A DNA stretch of 29,052 nt from a virus (Duplodnaviria > Caudoviricetes), in the IMG/VR virus record IMGVR_UViG_3300012663_000143, positions 1 through 29,052 of that record; one strand, 5' to 3'. The notes under the pieces were generated by a model. It searched no databases, was not told where the DNA came from, and saw nothing but the letters and a program-made list of their open reading frames with translations. Shown in pieces: positions 14,774-24,570 of the stretch (within the stretch, counting starts at the first letter, position 1; each line of letters begins with the position of its first letter). The translations under genes were made by a program, and so were the position numbers.

Positions 14774-15748
14774 TTATTTGGTTTTTGAAAATTTTACATA
14801 TTCTTTAAATTTCTCATGTGTAGTTAACTCCACATTCTCTGTTTCTGTTTCAGTCTCAACAGCAAGACTTTCCTCAAGTTGATTTTTCAAGTCAGCAATC
14901 ATTCTGATTACTGCATTCATGTGCTCCTCAAGCATTGGTGCTACAATAGCAAGGATAGCCTCTGTATCAACCGCTGGGTCAATAGCCATCTCCTCCTGTA
15001 CTGGTGCATCAGCCTCAGCAACTTCTGCCTCTGCTTCTGGGTTTTCTGCTGCTGCTGCAGCTTCCTCTTCTGCTACTGGATCAGCAGCCATTTCTGCTTC
15101 TGCTGGTGCAGGCATTTCCTTGATTTCAATAATTTCTCCGTCTTTAACAACGTAGATTTTATCCTCAATCATGTGTTCTCCATCTGGTAACTTCATTGTA
15201 TTTAGTTTTAATTGTTCCGATAATTTCATACCTAAGAAGCCCTCAATAGAGTAACCTACCTGACCAGACTCAACCAGTGCATCATAGTATTCTCTGTCAG
15301 TGATCTGGCTTGTCAACATCAATGTTCCCTTAGGTACTTCAATGCCGTATGTTGTGAATGCTTTGTCAGTCTCTGGACTGTCTACTATCCAAGCCTCAAG
15401 GATGTATGCAGGAACCTTCTCATCTTGATCATGCTCAAGGTTAAAGATGTCCTTATTAGTTAGGTTCTTCATGAACTTGGCGTGTATCTGCTCAATTACC
15501 TCTGCAGTAAATTGAACATCATACTCTTCACCATCCTCATCTTGTCTATAGATGTTCATAGGTATCATGGCAGGTGCAACAATACGCATCTTAACTGAGT
15601 CACTGAATGTCATAGGAATAGCAGCATTGAATGCCATACCTTTAATTTTAATGGCAGGCTTGTTTGTGAAGGCTGTCATATCCCATCCAAGGTCTTCCCC
15701 ATCAGAGTAAGCATCATCAATAGTAATTTTGTATACTGGTCTGTCCAT
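14774..15748 (-). CDS. XkdF-like prohead serine protease fused to acidic scaffold
   Basis: PAMIP, FNLEH, EAWIV, PKGT, GYSIEG motifs; Ala/Glu-rich C-terminus; start reassigned to MDRPVYK (15748) next to the late motif. Confidence 0.8.
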   Translation of the reverse strand: MDRPVYKITIDDAYSDGEDLGWDMTAFTNKPAIKIKGMAFNAAIPMTFSDSVKMRIVAPAMIPMNIYRQDEDGEEYDVQFTAEVIEQIHAKFMKNLTNKDIFNLEHDQDEKVPAYILEAWIVDSPETDKAFTTYGIEVPKGTLMLTSQITDREYYDALVESGQVGYSIEGFLGMKLSEQLKLNTMKLPDGEHMIEDKIYVVKDGEIIEIKEMPAPAEAEMAADPVAEEEAAAAAENPEAEAEVAEADAPVQEEMAIDPAVDTEAILAIVAPMLEEHMNAVIRMIADLKNQLEESLAVETETETENVELTTHEKFKEYVKFSKTK

Positions 15749-15760
15749 GCCTATATTGTA
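15749..15760 (-). promoter_or_regulatory. Late promoter motif, copy at head operon
   Basis: TACAATATAGGC immediately before ATG 15748; AACA 14 nt upstream. Confidence 0.8.
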
Positions 15761-15768
15761 AAAAGTAT

Positions 15769-15776
15769 TATATTTG
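15769..15776 (+). promoter_or_regulatory. Host-type -7 element for the plus-strand gene pair
   Basis: TATATTTG matches TAnnTTTG, 15 nt before ATG 15792; no clear -33. Confidence 0.55.
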
Positions 15777-15791
15777 TTAAAAATCAAGATT

Positions 15792-16337
15792 ATGGTAACA
15801 ATTTTAGGGAAAGAAGTACCCAATCAACTGAGTGAGTTGACGGTCCAGCAGTTTGAGGACATCACTACAATCCATGCCAATCAAGAGCTGGACACTATTG
15901 AGAAACACATTGACGTGTTCAATCTGTTAGGTGTGCCAGAGGCTGACTGGGATGATGTATCTATTGAGGAGTTCAAAGAATGTGTTAAGAACTTCAACAA
16001 TCTTAGTGGTAAGCCAGAACTCATCAACTCATTTGAGCACATGAACTACACTTATACTGCCTTTGATGAGACATTTAAGTTGTCAGTTAGGGATACTAAG
16101 CACATTGAGAAAGTGATGCAGTCAAGACATAAGGGGTACATCTCCGAGATGTTGGCCATCTTGTTTAAACGTACTGACCTCACAAAGGCTGAGCACTATG
16201 CAGATGCACACATCAAGCTCAAAGCAAAGATAATCAGAGAGCTCAAGGCTGAGTTAGCTATGCCGTACTTAGTTGAGATAGGTCAGAAGTTAGCAAAACA
16301 AATGCCAAAGGATGAACCTGCCCAAGTCGTGGAGTGA
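15792..16337 (+). CDS. Acidic helical protein, putative tail assembly chaperone (paralog 1)
   Basis: Start at MVTILGK; fills a gap with no substantial minus-strand ORF; aligns with 16312-17046. Confidence 0.65.
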   Translation: MVTILGKEVPNQLSELTVQQFEDITTIHANQELDTIEKHIDVFNLLGVPEADWDDVSIEEFKECVKNFNNLSGKPELINSFEHMNYTYTAFDETFKLSVRDTKHIEKVMQSRHKGYISEMLAILFKRTDLTKAEHYADAHIKLKAKIIRELKAELAMPYLVEIGQKLAKQMPKDEPAQVVE

Positions 16338-17046
16338 GATAGATGTAATACAGTTCAAAGAAATTAGAGAGCTGTATGCTATTGAGGAAGTGTTCACCAG
16401 GGAGATAGAGATACTTGCTGCACTGGCTGACATACCATCTGATGACTTAGAGGACCTTGACATCAGTGAGGTCAGTGATATGCTCAAAGATATCACCTTC
16501 ATAAACTCTGAGCCCTCTAAGAACTACAAGCACGTAATAGGTGAGTACCACTACAAGCCATTGAACACCTTGACCGTTGGTGAGTTCATTGACCTTGAGC
16601 ACTACTTTGCCAAAGACTACAATCAGCACCTTGGTCACATTGCATCTATCCTGTACAGGAAGGTCATGACCAATGAATGGGGAGAGACAGTGTGGGAGCC
16701 GTATAACTATAAGCCAAGTATAAGATATAGTGTGTTTGATGAGGTGTGTATCAATGATGTGTACGGCATCCTTCCAGAGTACCTTGCTTACAGAGAATCA
16801 TTCATGACTACCTATGCCAACCTGTTCATAGATGAGGATGGTGAGGATGAGGAAGAGGATGAACGTCCTGCCACATCTGATGAGGCAAAGGAGATAGCTC
16901 TAAAAAAGAGTGAGAAGAAATGGGGCTGGGAAAGGCTTATCTACAGCCTATGCAATGAGGACCTAACTAAGTTCCATGAGGTGACTAACCTGTCACTAAT
17001 CATGACCTTTAATATGTTAGGTATGAAGAAGGAATTAAACGTCTAA
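16312..17046 (+). CDS. Acidic protein, putative tail assembly chaperone (paralog 2)
   Basis: PKSWSEI..QF, LTVGEFIDLE, KWGW..LIYSL motifs; 244 aa. Confidence 0.7.
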   Translation: MNLPKSWSEIDVIQFKEIRELYAIEEVFTREIEILAALADIPSDDLEDLDISEVSDMLKDITFINSEPSKNYKHVIGEYHYKPLNTLTVGEFIDLEHYFAKDYNQHLGHIASILYRKVMTNEWGETVWEPYNYKPSIRYSVFDEVCINDVYGILPEYLAYRESFMTTYANLFIDEDGEDEEEDERPATSDEAKEIALKKSEKKWGWERLIYSLCNEDLTKFHEVTNLSLIMTFNMLGMKKELNV

Positions 17047-17487
17047 TGGGAAGCCTACCTGGAAGCCAGGAGGAGGATCTAATGCCTCAAAAGTATAAGT
17101 GATTCTCTGGTTTTTTTCAAGTATCTCTGCTACCTCTAAGATAGGAAATCTTTTTGCCAGCCACTCAGTGTACTGTGAGTATATTTCAGCTGTGATACCT
17201 GCTGCATTGAGCTCCTGTGTGAACGTTGCAACATAGTCTCTGGGTGTAATTACTCCACCGTTCCATAAGAATGCACCATTGTTGAGGAAAATGAAGTAAT
17301 ACATGGCTATGATTTGTATCTCCAGTTTCTCAAAACTTGTAATCTTAGCATTGATTCTTATAGACTCAACCAATGTACCTTGACCATCAACAACATCATT
17401 CCTTATAATACGTTTCAATATCGTTGCCATCCTTCTCCTGGTAGGATAAAGGACATTAAACTCACCAGTGTTAGCGTATCTACCCAT
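17035..17487 (-). CDS. Putative neck/tail-completion structural protein
   Basis: 150 aa at the end of a late operon; GTLVESI motif reminiscent of minor tail/neck proteins. Confidence 0.5.
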   Translation of the reverse strand: MGRYANTGEFNVLYPTRRRMATILKRIIRNDVVDGQGTLVESIRINAKITSFEKLEIQIIAMYYFIFLNNGAFLWNGGVITPRDYVATFTQELNAAGITAEIYSQYTEWLAKRFPILEVAEILEKNQRITYTFEALDPPPGFQVGFPLDV

Positions 17488-17490
17488 TGA

Positions 17491-17727
17491 TTACTTCACT
17501 TGATACTTAGGAAGCTCTACGTTGTTAACCCAATCAATAATATCTTGGTCATTCCAATCAGTTGTGTAAGTGTAACCAGTAAACTCAACACCAAAATTTG
17601 TTGATGGAGTAGCAAGTAATACATTTGTTGAACATACTCTTTCAATGATGTTATCTGTTACAGTTAATACAGTCACCGTAGGGTTAACTATTTCAACGTT
17701 GAATTGAGGAAATTTATAAGTTGCCAT
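17491..17727 (-). CDS. Small hypothetical protein, possible fibre accessory
   Basis: 78 aa directly after the DUF1566-like gene, poly-A start context. Confidence 0.6.
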   Translation of the reverse strand: MATYKFPQFNVEIVNPTVTVLTVTDNIIERVCSTNVLLATPSTNFGVEFTGYTYTTDWNDQDIIDWVNNVELPKYQVK

Positions 17728-17739
17728 TTTTTTTTTATA

Positions 17740-18504
17740 TTAAGATAATGTTGTTCCTGTTACTGTGAATGTTCTATTGAATACAGATTTAATAGCACTT
17801 GTTTTACCAGTAGTATATAAGTATATCTGTACTGAGTTTATAACATAGAATGCACTGGTTGTCAAGTTAGCATCTGTTGTGCTTGTCCAAAAATCACCAA
17901 TTAAATTAAACGGTGCGTAGTTCAATTTATTAGCAGGTGTATTAGCCCAATTGAATAAACTTGAATACTCCACAGTATTAGCTAATTTCCATCCCGTAGT
18001 AAACGTGCCTATTGAAAAAGCTAAGGCAGCATCAATAGCTTGATTCCATGTATAAACACTTACTGTTGGCATGGCTAATCTATACCATCCTAAAACAGTT
18101 GTACCGTCGTATGTACTCCAATCAATTACAATATTATTAGCATAAGCCGTACCCCCTAAAGTATCTGTAAATCTATTCGTGTTACCAAAGGGGTTGTTGC
18201 TTGGAAGGACTGTGAATGATGTTGCACGTCCAGCCTCAATGTCACCATCATCTCCAGTTCTGTAAGATGTAGTTTGACCTGTTTTTAATAACTTAGCTCC
18301 AACTGGACTTAGCTTACAGGTAACATTCTTAACAGCAGGAACAGATGAAGTTGAGCCATCTGAGTCAGTTACTGTAATGTTTGGTAAGGTTAAAGTACTT
18401 CCAGATGCAGTTGTTGTATTATAGGTATTGTCACTATTTTTTACAGTTGCATCAGCACAAGCACCACCTCCTCCACCTATCTTGAAGTTTAATGCACTTA
18501 TCAT
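17740..18504 (-). CDS. DUF1566/Lcl C-terminal (C-type lectin-like) domain protein; putative receptor-binding or decoration protein
   Basis: KTGQTTSYRTGDDGD, TWNQAI, GWKLAN..E, FWTSTT motifs; Thr/Ser-rich N-terminal stalk. Confidence 0.7.
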   Translation of the reverse strand: MISALNFKIGGGGGACADATVKNSDNTYNTTTASGSTLTLPNITVTDSDGSTSSVPAVKNVTCKLSPVGAKLLKTGQTTSYRTGDDGDIEAGRATSFTVLPSNNPFGNTNRFTDTLGGTAYANNIVIDWSTYDGTTVLGWYRLAMPTVSVYTWNQAIDAALAFSIGTFTTGWKLANTVEYSSLFNWANTPANKLNYAPFNLIGDFWTSTTDANLTTSAFYVINSVQIYLYTTGKTSAIKSVFNRTFTVTGTTLS

Positions 18505-18767
18505 AGTACTAAAATTACTGATCCACTTGTTAACTTAACTCCACTAAACTGTTGAGCATTTATAGCACGTATGATAGCACCTGCCTTAACAGCTGTTGCA
18601 GGTGCAGCAATGTAAGTTGACTTAACGTCTGAGCCAGCTATCTTGATAGCATTGAATACAGTATCCTCAAGTACCACTATAGCATTGATAGTTACAGTTT
18701 TCTCTGCTGTGTTATTAACTACAAATGTTCCTTGATTTGCAATTAGTATGTCATTATCTGTGTTCAT
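18501..18767 (-). CDS. Small beta-rich virion protein
   Basis: 88 aa ending VKLTSGSVILVL; first gene after a late motif. Confidence 0.65.
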   Translation of the reverse strand: MNTDNDILIANQGTFVVNNTAEKTVTINAIVVLEDTVFNAIKIAGSDVKSTYIAAPATAVKAGAIIRAINAQQFSGVKLTSGSVILVL

Positions 18768-18783
18768 TATAAAAGTTTTATAT

Positions 18784-18795
18784 ACCTATATTGTA
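18784..18795 (-). promoter_or_regulatory. Late promoter motif, copy at fibre/decoration operon
   Basis: TACAATATAGGT followed by ATA; ATG 16 nt downstream; AACA 15 nt upstream. Confidence 0.75.
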
Positions 18796-19248
18796 CTACC
18801 CTGGCAGATTTGTTATAAGTGGTACTTGACAGTCAGTCCAGTTACTCATCTCAACATCCAAAGTCATTAGCCATCCTGCAGCATAGTCAAGCAACTGGTT
18901 GTTCAATGGTGTCAAAGTAGGAACACCTAAGATGTCGAATGAGTAGTCAGTGCTGAATGTGAACTGATTGACCAAGTCAACAAGTATCTGATGGCAATCG
19001 GAGAGTATCACTGTGATGTTGGCTCTGTCCTTCTGGATAATGTCAAAGCAGTATATCTCCAAGCTCACTGTGTTGGTGTTGGTGGTCGGAGAGGCAAATA
19101 CTGGAGCTATGAACACTAAAGGATATTTCTCATCCTTAGTAGCGAAGTTAGGTAATTGCTCAGTGAAGTCACTCCCTACCTTCTTAACCTGTAGGTGGTT
19201 GTTGTAGAATGCCTCAATGTGGTTGATTAGTGCTTGATAACTTGTCAT
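18796..19248 (-). CDS. Putative tail terminator protein
   Basis: 150 aa; KYPLVFIAP, LSDCHQILVDL, DYAAGW pattern; follows tape measure. Confidence 0.55.
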   Translation of the reverse strand: MTSYQALINHIEAFYNNHLQVKKVGSDFTEQLPNFATKDEKYPLVFIAPVFASPTTNTNTVSLEIYCFDIIQKDRANITVILSDCHQILVDLVNQFTFSTDYSFDILGVPTLTPLNNQLLDYAAGWLMTLDVEMSNWTDCQVPLITNLPG

Positions 19249-21830
19249 AATTCTGCGTTTCTTTGTATTCTGTTTACTCTATTCTGTACATCTGTTACTT
19301 GGGTCTCACTCACTATAGCATTGACTGTGATGTTCTGCCCACCTTGACCATCCTGTGGAGCACCTACATTGTTCATGTTGTTGTTGCTACCAAACAATGA
19401 TACATTTGGTGTTGCCATACCACCTGTTGCACTAACACCTGATACATCTGGAAGACCAGGGTCATTAGGAGCTTGACCACCACCTGCAAAGGTTGTGCTT
19501 GAGATAGCACTTATACTCGCTGCTGTTGCCGCTACTGCTGCTGCTATTCTTATACCAGATGCAACACCTAAGGTGAAGTCAGGAACGGTCAAGATTGCAA
19601 GGATGGCTTGAGCTCCATTGATTGCAGCCATTGCTAACTGCATTGCCTTCTGTTGCTCAAACTGTTGCTTGAGGATTTTTTCCTCTTCCTTACTACCTTT
19701 CTCTACGTTCTTAAGTTTTCTATCTGTACTGATTTGTTGCATTGATGAGATAGCACCAAGTGCCTCCTTGGTTGACTCAAAGCCCTGTGTGATATTGGCA
19801 ACTGTTTTAGCTTTTGCCTTGTCATCTATCTCAGCCAATTTAGCAGCTGTTGTCTCTGCCGCAACTATTTTAGCTTGATCGTATTTCTGCTCAATGGCTG
19901 CAATCTCATCAACAGTAAGTTGCTTGTTAGCTAACTCATTGAGTCTTTGTTTCTCAAGGGTGCTCAGCTGTGTTGCAAGGAACGCCTCATTGGCTGCAAT
20001 TTCTTGCTCCTTAGTTCCTTTGAATCTCTCCAGTGCAAATGCCTCTGCTGCTTGCTGAGTCTCTGCTGCTAACTGTTGAGCATCAAGTATCTTTTTAGCT
20101 GCTGCAATCTTAAGGTTGGTTCTTTGAGTCTCAATCTCCTCAAGGTCATTGGTCAACTTATCCTCAATGTTCTTTGTTTGAATAGCTGATAAATCTTTAT
20201 TATCAAGTTCAATCTTTGCAGTAGCTTTAAGCATTGCCTCCTTAGCAGCAAATTTTTCCTCTTCTGTTTTGGCATTAAGCATCAAACTTTCTGCCTCAGC
20301 TTTTGCTTGCTCATTGGTTAGGTTCTTTTGCTTGGTATCAAAGTCCTCTTGTAGCTTTCTCTTCTTTTTATCATAGTCAGCTGCAATATTGAACAACTGG
20401 TCATTGCTTAATTTTAACGTCTTTTGGTTTTTCTCCATGTACTTAATCTCATCATTAAGTGCTTTCACTTCAGCATCAACTCGAGCCTGTGTACCTTCCT
20501 TAGTTAAGTTAATTTCCTTTTGATTAGCATCTCTAAGTTTTTTTAACTTACCCTCAATCAATTTCTCATAATCAGCCTGTTGCTCCTTAGCTCTACTTTG
20601 TGCCTCCTTGTTGGCAGCAACTGCTGCATCAGTTTGTTGTTTAGCCACACGATCATCAACCTTTTTAGCCTCACCAGCATAGAAGGTTTTAATCTCTTGT
20701 CTTATCTGCTCAAACTTAGAAGTATCTTGACCTAATTGCTTAGCTCTTGTTATGTTTTTTTCAAGCTCAGCAATAGCCTGTTGCTCATCAAGTTTAAACT
20801 GCTCCTTAGCTCTGACATTGTCATCTTTAATATTCTTTAACTTCCAAGCTGTCAACTGATCGTTCTGCTTTCTGTTGATGTCTATGATTGCCTTTGCTCT
20901 GTTGGCTTCATTGCTCTCAATAGCTTTGTTTGAGTCAAGCCATGCCTGTCTTAATTTCTCTCTGTCCTTAACTTGTTCCTCTGTTAGCTCACCACCAGCA
21001 TCCTCAATATCTTGATAGGTCTGTTGTTGTCTCTCAATAGATGCCTGTAGCTCCTCTTGTTTCTGTCTCTCAATGTCAAACTCTGACTCAGCAGTGTTGA
21101 TGCGTACTCCAAGTTGGTCCTCCATCATACGAATCTCCTCCGCACTCATGTCCTTTGTAAGGTTGAACAACTGCTGCCTGTTGCCGTAGCTCTCCTGAAT
21201 GGCTGCCCTCTTCTCTTCCTCTGCTTTCTTAGTGGTTTCTGCTGCCTCTTCCTCCGCCTTAGAGGTCAAGCCAAGTGCATCAGTGATGGCATAGAAGCCC
21301 TCAATAAGTGCATTGATAGGTGCCATTAACACCTTGAGTACAGCATCAAGTACTCCCATCTTTTTTAGTAGGAATCCTATAGCTACCACAATGGCAACAA
21401 TGGCAGTAACAAGTAAGAATATAGGGTTGGCAAGTATCTGCATCCCTAACTTCACGAATGCACCACCTACAGTCTTCATTGTACCCATCAAGCCACTGAA
21501 TCCTTTTGCTAAGTCAGCAGGGTTCAGCTTGCCCATCACCTGAGCAAAGACTTGAGCCTTCTGTTGTGCCTCTTCAAAGTCAAGACTCATTAATGAATCC
21601 TTGATGCCTCCGATAGAGTTGCTGACCTGCTCAAACTTTGAACCAGATGCAAAGACATTCACAGCTGCATTAGCATCACCTATCCTGTCCTTGAGCTCCC
21701 CTGCTCTGGCACTTAGTGCTGCCATTTGTGCTGGGTCAGTAGCATCGGCAATGGCTCCCTTGAGTTCTCTCAACTCAGCCTTCATGGCACCTATGCCAGT
21801 TATCTTTAAGGGTATCTCAACTTCATTCAT
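19245..21830 (-). CDS. Tape measure protein
   Basis: 861 aa, Ala/Glu/Lys-rich coiled coil, ANPIFLLVTAIVAIV hydrophobic segment, second hydrophobic block near the C-terminus. Confidence 0.9.
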   Translation of the reverse strand: MNEVEIPLKITGIGAMKAELRELKGAIADATDPAQMAALSARAGELKDRIGDANAAVNVFASGSKFEQVSNSIGGIKDSLMSLDFEEAQQKAQVFAQVMGKLNPADLAKGFSGLMGTMKTVGGAFVKLGMQILANPIFLLVTAIVAIVVAIGFLLKKMGVLDAVLKVLMAPINALIEGFYAITDALGLTSKAEEEAAETTKKAEEEKRAAIQESYGNRQQLFNLTKDMSAEEIRMMEDQLGVRINTAESEFDIERQKQEELQASIERQQQTYQDIEDAGGELTEEQVKDREKLRQAWLDSNKAIESNEANRAKAIIDINRKQNDQLTAWKLKNIKDDNVRAKEQFKLDEQQAIAELEKNITRAKQLGQDTSKFEQIRQEIKTFYAGEAKKVDDRVAKQQTDAAVAANKEAQSRAKEQQADYEKLIEGKLKKLRDANQKEINLTKEGTQARVDAEVKALNDEIKYMEKNQKTLKLSNDQLFNIAADYDKKKRKLQEDFDTKQKNLTNEQAKAEAESLMLNAKTEEEKFAAKEAMLKATAKIELDNKDLSAIQTKNIEDKLTNDLEEIETQRTNLKIAAAKKILDAQQLAAETQQAAEAFALERFKGTKEQEIAANEAFLATQLSTLEKQRLNELANKQLTVDEIAAIEQKYDQAKIVAAETTAAKLAEIDDKAKAKTVANITQGFESTKEALGAISSMQQISTDRKLKNVEKGSKEEEKILKQQFEQQKAMQLAMAAINGAQAILAILTVPDFTLGVASGIRIAAAVAATAASISAISSTTFAGGGQAPNDPGLPDVSGVSATGGMATPNVSLFGSNNNMNNVGAPQDGQGGQNITVNAIVSETQVTDVQNRVNRIQRNAEL

Positions 21831-24570
21831 ATACTCTAATTTCTATTGTGTTATTTAATAAGTGATTGTCATGATATGCAGCAGTTGGATTGTGCAGGTT
21901 AGTAGTAGCTACTCTTATGGTGTCATTTGAAAATCTATATACATTCACTATGCCATCCGTTAAGGTTACACTCATCATGCTATAGGTCTTATTCAAAGGG
22001 AAGGCTCCTATTAGTGTGCCTCTATATAAGCCTGTACTGGCTCTGGTCCATACTATGTTACCTATGCTATTCTCAAGGACCACAACTGTTGGTGCTGATG
22101 TTCCTGACTGACTCATCAAGGCTACGTACTTCTTATATCTCACCACCGCCTCACCATTGATACTGCCAGTCACAGTCAAGTTACTCACCACCATGCCATC
22201 ATCCTCAAGTACTTGACCGTCACCTACAATAATACCCTTAGTGCCAGCAGTCACAGTGTTGCCCCTACCAAACACCATAGCATCTGCACCAGGCATGATC
22301 ACGTTGTTGTTCATACTCATGGTACGTAGCATAGAGTCAGTACCTACAGCAGTGATCGTGTCACCTATTGGGTTGCCGTTGCCAGTCTGGAAGGATACAA
22401 GGTCAATCTCTGTATCTATGCTTATCAGCTCCACCTTAGTCAGCTGGTTGTTGTTGGCATTGTAGTCAGCTATCTTGTTAATGTTCCACCATGAGTTATC
22501 AATGTATATCTTATCATTGAGCTTGAGTGACTGGATGTCCACCTCATCAAGGTCAAACATAGCTACCAACATCTTACCTACATTTATCTGGTTGACTGTG
22601 CGCCTCCAGTATAGGTTGTACAGGTTGTTGGCTGTCAGTGATACAGGCTCATAGAAGTAGTAGTCATTGGTGCCAAAGTTAATGTCAAAGGTCGGAGTCA
22701 AGGCGTTGTTGAAGTGCCCTAACATTGGATAGGTAGTCACACCATACTGACCTGTTGTGCCAAAGTCCACAATGTCAAACGGTCCACACACCTGCTCACC
22801 ACCATCATACAAGATGCGGATGTTAGTGTTGGGTGCAGAACCTATTACGGCTGGCACATAAGCACCAAATGGTGTATAGTAGACTGGAGTAGGGGAGAAC
22901 AGTAGAGCCTGAGTCTCAACATCCTTAACATATTCATTATCAAATGTGTATTCTATCTGACCATATATCTCACCAGTCAGCTGTGTGTATATCTTGTTGT
23001 AGTCATCCTCATCAGCCTCATAGGTTAGCTTGAGTTTCTTCTTAGTCAAGTCTGGAAGGAATATCAAGTCCTGCCCTCTGTCCTTTGCCAGCTTCTCACT
23101 CCAGTCCTTCTCAGCACCTGAGTCATAGTACTCATCCCTATGCCTCAACACAAGGTTGTAAGGATTGTCAATGTCCTGCTCCACATAAAGGTTGTACATC
23201 TGTAGGATGCTCTTCACGAAGTCTGACTGCTTGATCTCTACAGGCACATATTGGTTCATGGTCAATGTTCCTCCTGTCACCTGGATGTTGTTGCTTGGCA
23301 GTATGACCATGTTGATGGATGTCAAGTCAAGGATGACGTTGACGGCTGCAGGTGTAGGAAATGTGTTATACCATATCGGGTTGTTGTTGTTTGAAAATGG
23401 AACAGTTATCTGAACACCTACCTCAAGCACTTGTATGTCAGCAGATGCTACACCCGCTATCAAGCCATTAGTTGCTGCAGGAATGTTGAAGGTATTTGCA
23501 AAGGTTAGGATGGTTGTGTTGCCTGTTGGTATAGTTGGGAAGTTGAATGCAGTTACTGCTATAGAGTCACCATACACTATTGCTTGACCAAAGCCTGCCA
23601 CTTGCACCCTAACAAATACCTTGTAGATAGCTGAGCTTGGGTTGAAGTTAGCCACAGCTCCACTGTTGTTGTCAAGTGTGATGTTGCCTCCGACAGTCAA
23701 TGTGTAAATATAGTGTTCACCTGCCAAGGCATTGGTGTTGATAGGTGATGAGTACTCTCCAAGTGTAGGGTCAAAGATACCCTGTGTATCTATCAGCTCA
23801 GTCCATCCAGAGTCAACTATCTCACTGAATGTATTGTTGAAGCCTGTTGCCTGTACATTGGTTGTGGTCCAGGTGTTGGTTGCCTCAACTCTGTAGTCTT
23901 CATAGTCCTGGTTGTTGGTGTCACCGTTGTAAGGTATCAGCAACTTATCAAAGTGTGCAGAGGCTATGTCTGCCCATGTGTATGTGAAGCCTGCCACAGC
24001 GAATATCCTATCCCAGTAAGTCTTGGCATAGATGGCTGGCTTGAAGTCATTAGCATTGTACTGGTTAGTGTTGTTGTACGGCATCAAGTACTTATACCCA
24101 TCTGCCACAGTGTTGTTGAACGTTGCAACTATAGCACCCGAGTCAAAGGCATGGTCAAGGTCACTAAAATCTAAATCAGTCAAGTTAGCATTCGTGATGG
24201 CTGTAAAGAACTCAGCCCTGCTATCCTTAATCAATACGCTGTAAGTTACCTCATCCTCATAGCTGTTGTTGGTCTGCACCTTGTTCACACTCACCAACTG
24301 CAGAAGAGCCTCATCTAAGATAGGTACACCGTTCTGAATGACCTGGCACTTAGTCAAGGTGTTGATGTTAAATGTGCCGGCTTGGATGTTCACATCATAG
24401 TAGTGACCTAACAACTCATTGTTGTTCTTAGTTCCTTCCAGAGTCACAGTCTTAGAGAATGTCCCCTTCCTTGAGGATAGATCTCTAATGTCTCCGATGT
24501 TAAATGTTATGGGTAGGGATAGAGACTCAGCAACATCCAGCACCCCTGTTGATAGTACTATCTTAACCAT
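21823..24570 (-). CDS. Large tail tip/hub protein
   Basis: 915 aa, beta-rich; DIRDLSSRKGTFSKTVTL N-terminus, KQSDFVKSILQMYNL; adjacent to tape measure. Confidence 0.75.
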   Translation of the reverse strand: MVKIVLSTGVLDVAESLSLPITFNIGDIRDLSSRKGTFSKTVTLEGTKNNNELLGHYYDVNIQAGTFNINTLTKCQVIQNGVPILDEALLQLVSVNKVQTNNSYEDEVTYSVLIKDSRAEFFTAITNANLTDLDFSDLDHAFDSGAIVATFNNTVADGYKYLMPYNNTNQYNANDFKPAIYAKTYWDRIFAVAGFTYTWADIASAHFDKLLIPYNGDTNNQDYEDYRVEATNTWTTTNVQATGFNNTFSEIVDSGWTELIDTQGIFDPTLGEYSSPINTNALAGEHYIYTLTVGGNITLDNNSGAVANFNPSSAIYKVFVRVQVAGFGQAIVYGDSIAVTAFNFPTIPTGNTTILTFANTFNIPAATNGLIAGVASADIQVLEVGVQITVPFSNNNNPIWYNTFPTPAAVNVILDLTSINMVILPSNNIQVTGGTLTMNQYVPVEIKQSDFVKSILQMYNLYVEQDIDNPYNLVLRHRDEYYDSGAEKDWSEKLAKDRGQDLIFLPDLTKKKLKLTYEADEDDYNKIYTQLTGEIYGQIEYTFDNEYVKDVETQALLFSPTPVYYTPFGAYVPAVIGSAPNTNIRILYDGGEQVCGPFDIVDFGTTGQYGVTTYPMLGHFNNALTPTFDINFGTNDYYFYEPVSLTANNLYNLYWRRTVNQINVGKMLVAMFDLDEVDIQSLKLNDKIYIDNSWWNINKIADYNANNNQLTKVELISIDTEIDLVSFQTGNGNPIGDTITAVGTDSMLRTMSMNNNVIMPGADAMVFGRGNTVTAGTKGIIVGDGQVLEDDGMVVSNLTVTGSINGEAVVRYKKYVALMSQSGTSAPTVVVLENSIGNIVWTRASTGLYRGTLIGAFPLNKTYSMMSVTLTDGIVNVYRFSNDTIRVATTNLHNPTAAYHDNHLLNNTIEIRVYE

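Noticed and set aside
16290-16340. Programmed -1 frameshift joining the two chaperone-like ORFs
   Set aside because: No X XXY YYZ slippery heptamer seen; the second ORF is in the +1 frame, has its own ATG and repeats the first ORF's N-terminal motif
17727-17736. A10 homopolymer as a phase-variation tract
   Set aside because: Lies upstream of and includes only the A of the ATG, so slippage would not shift the frame; fits an A-rich Bacteroidota start context
17491-18504. Complete diversity-generating retroelement
   Set aside because: No reverse transcriptase ORF and no TR/VR repeat pair seen
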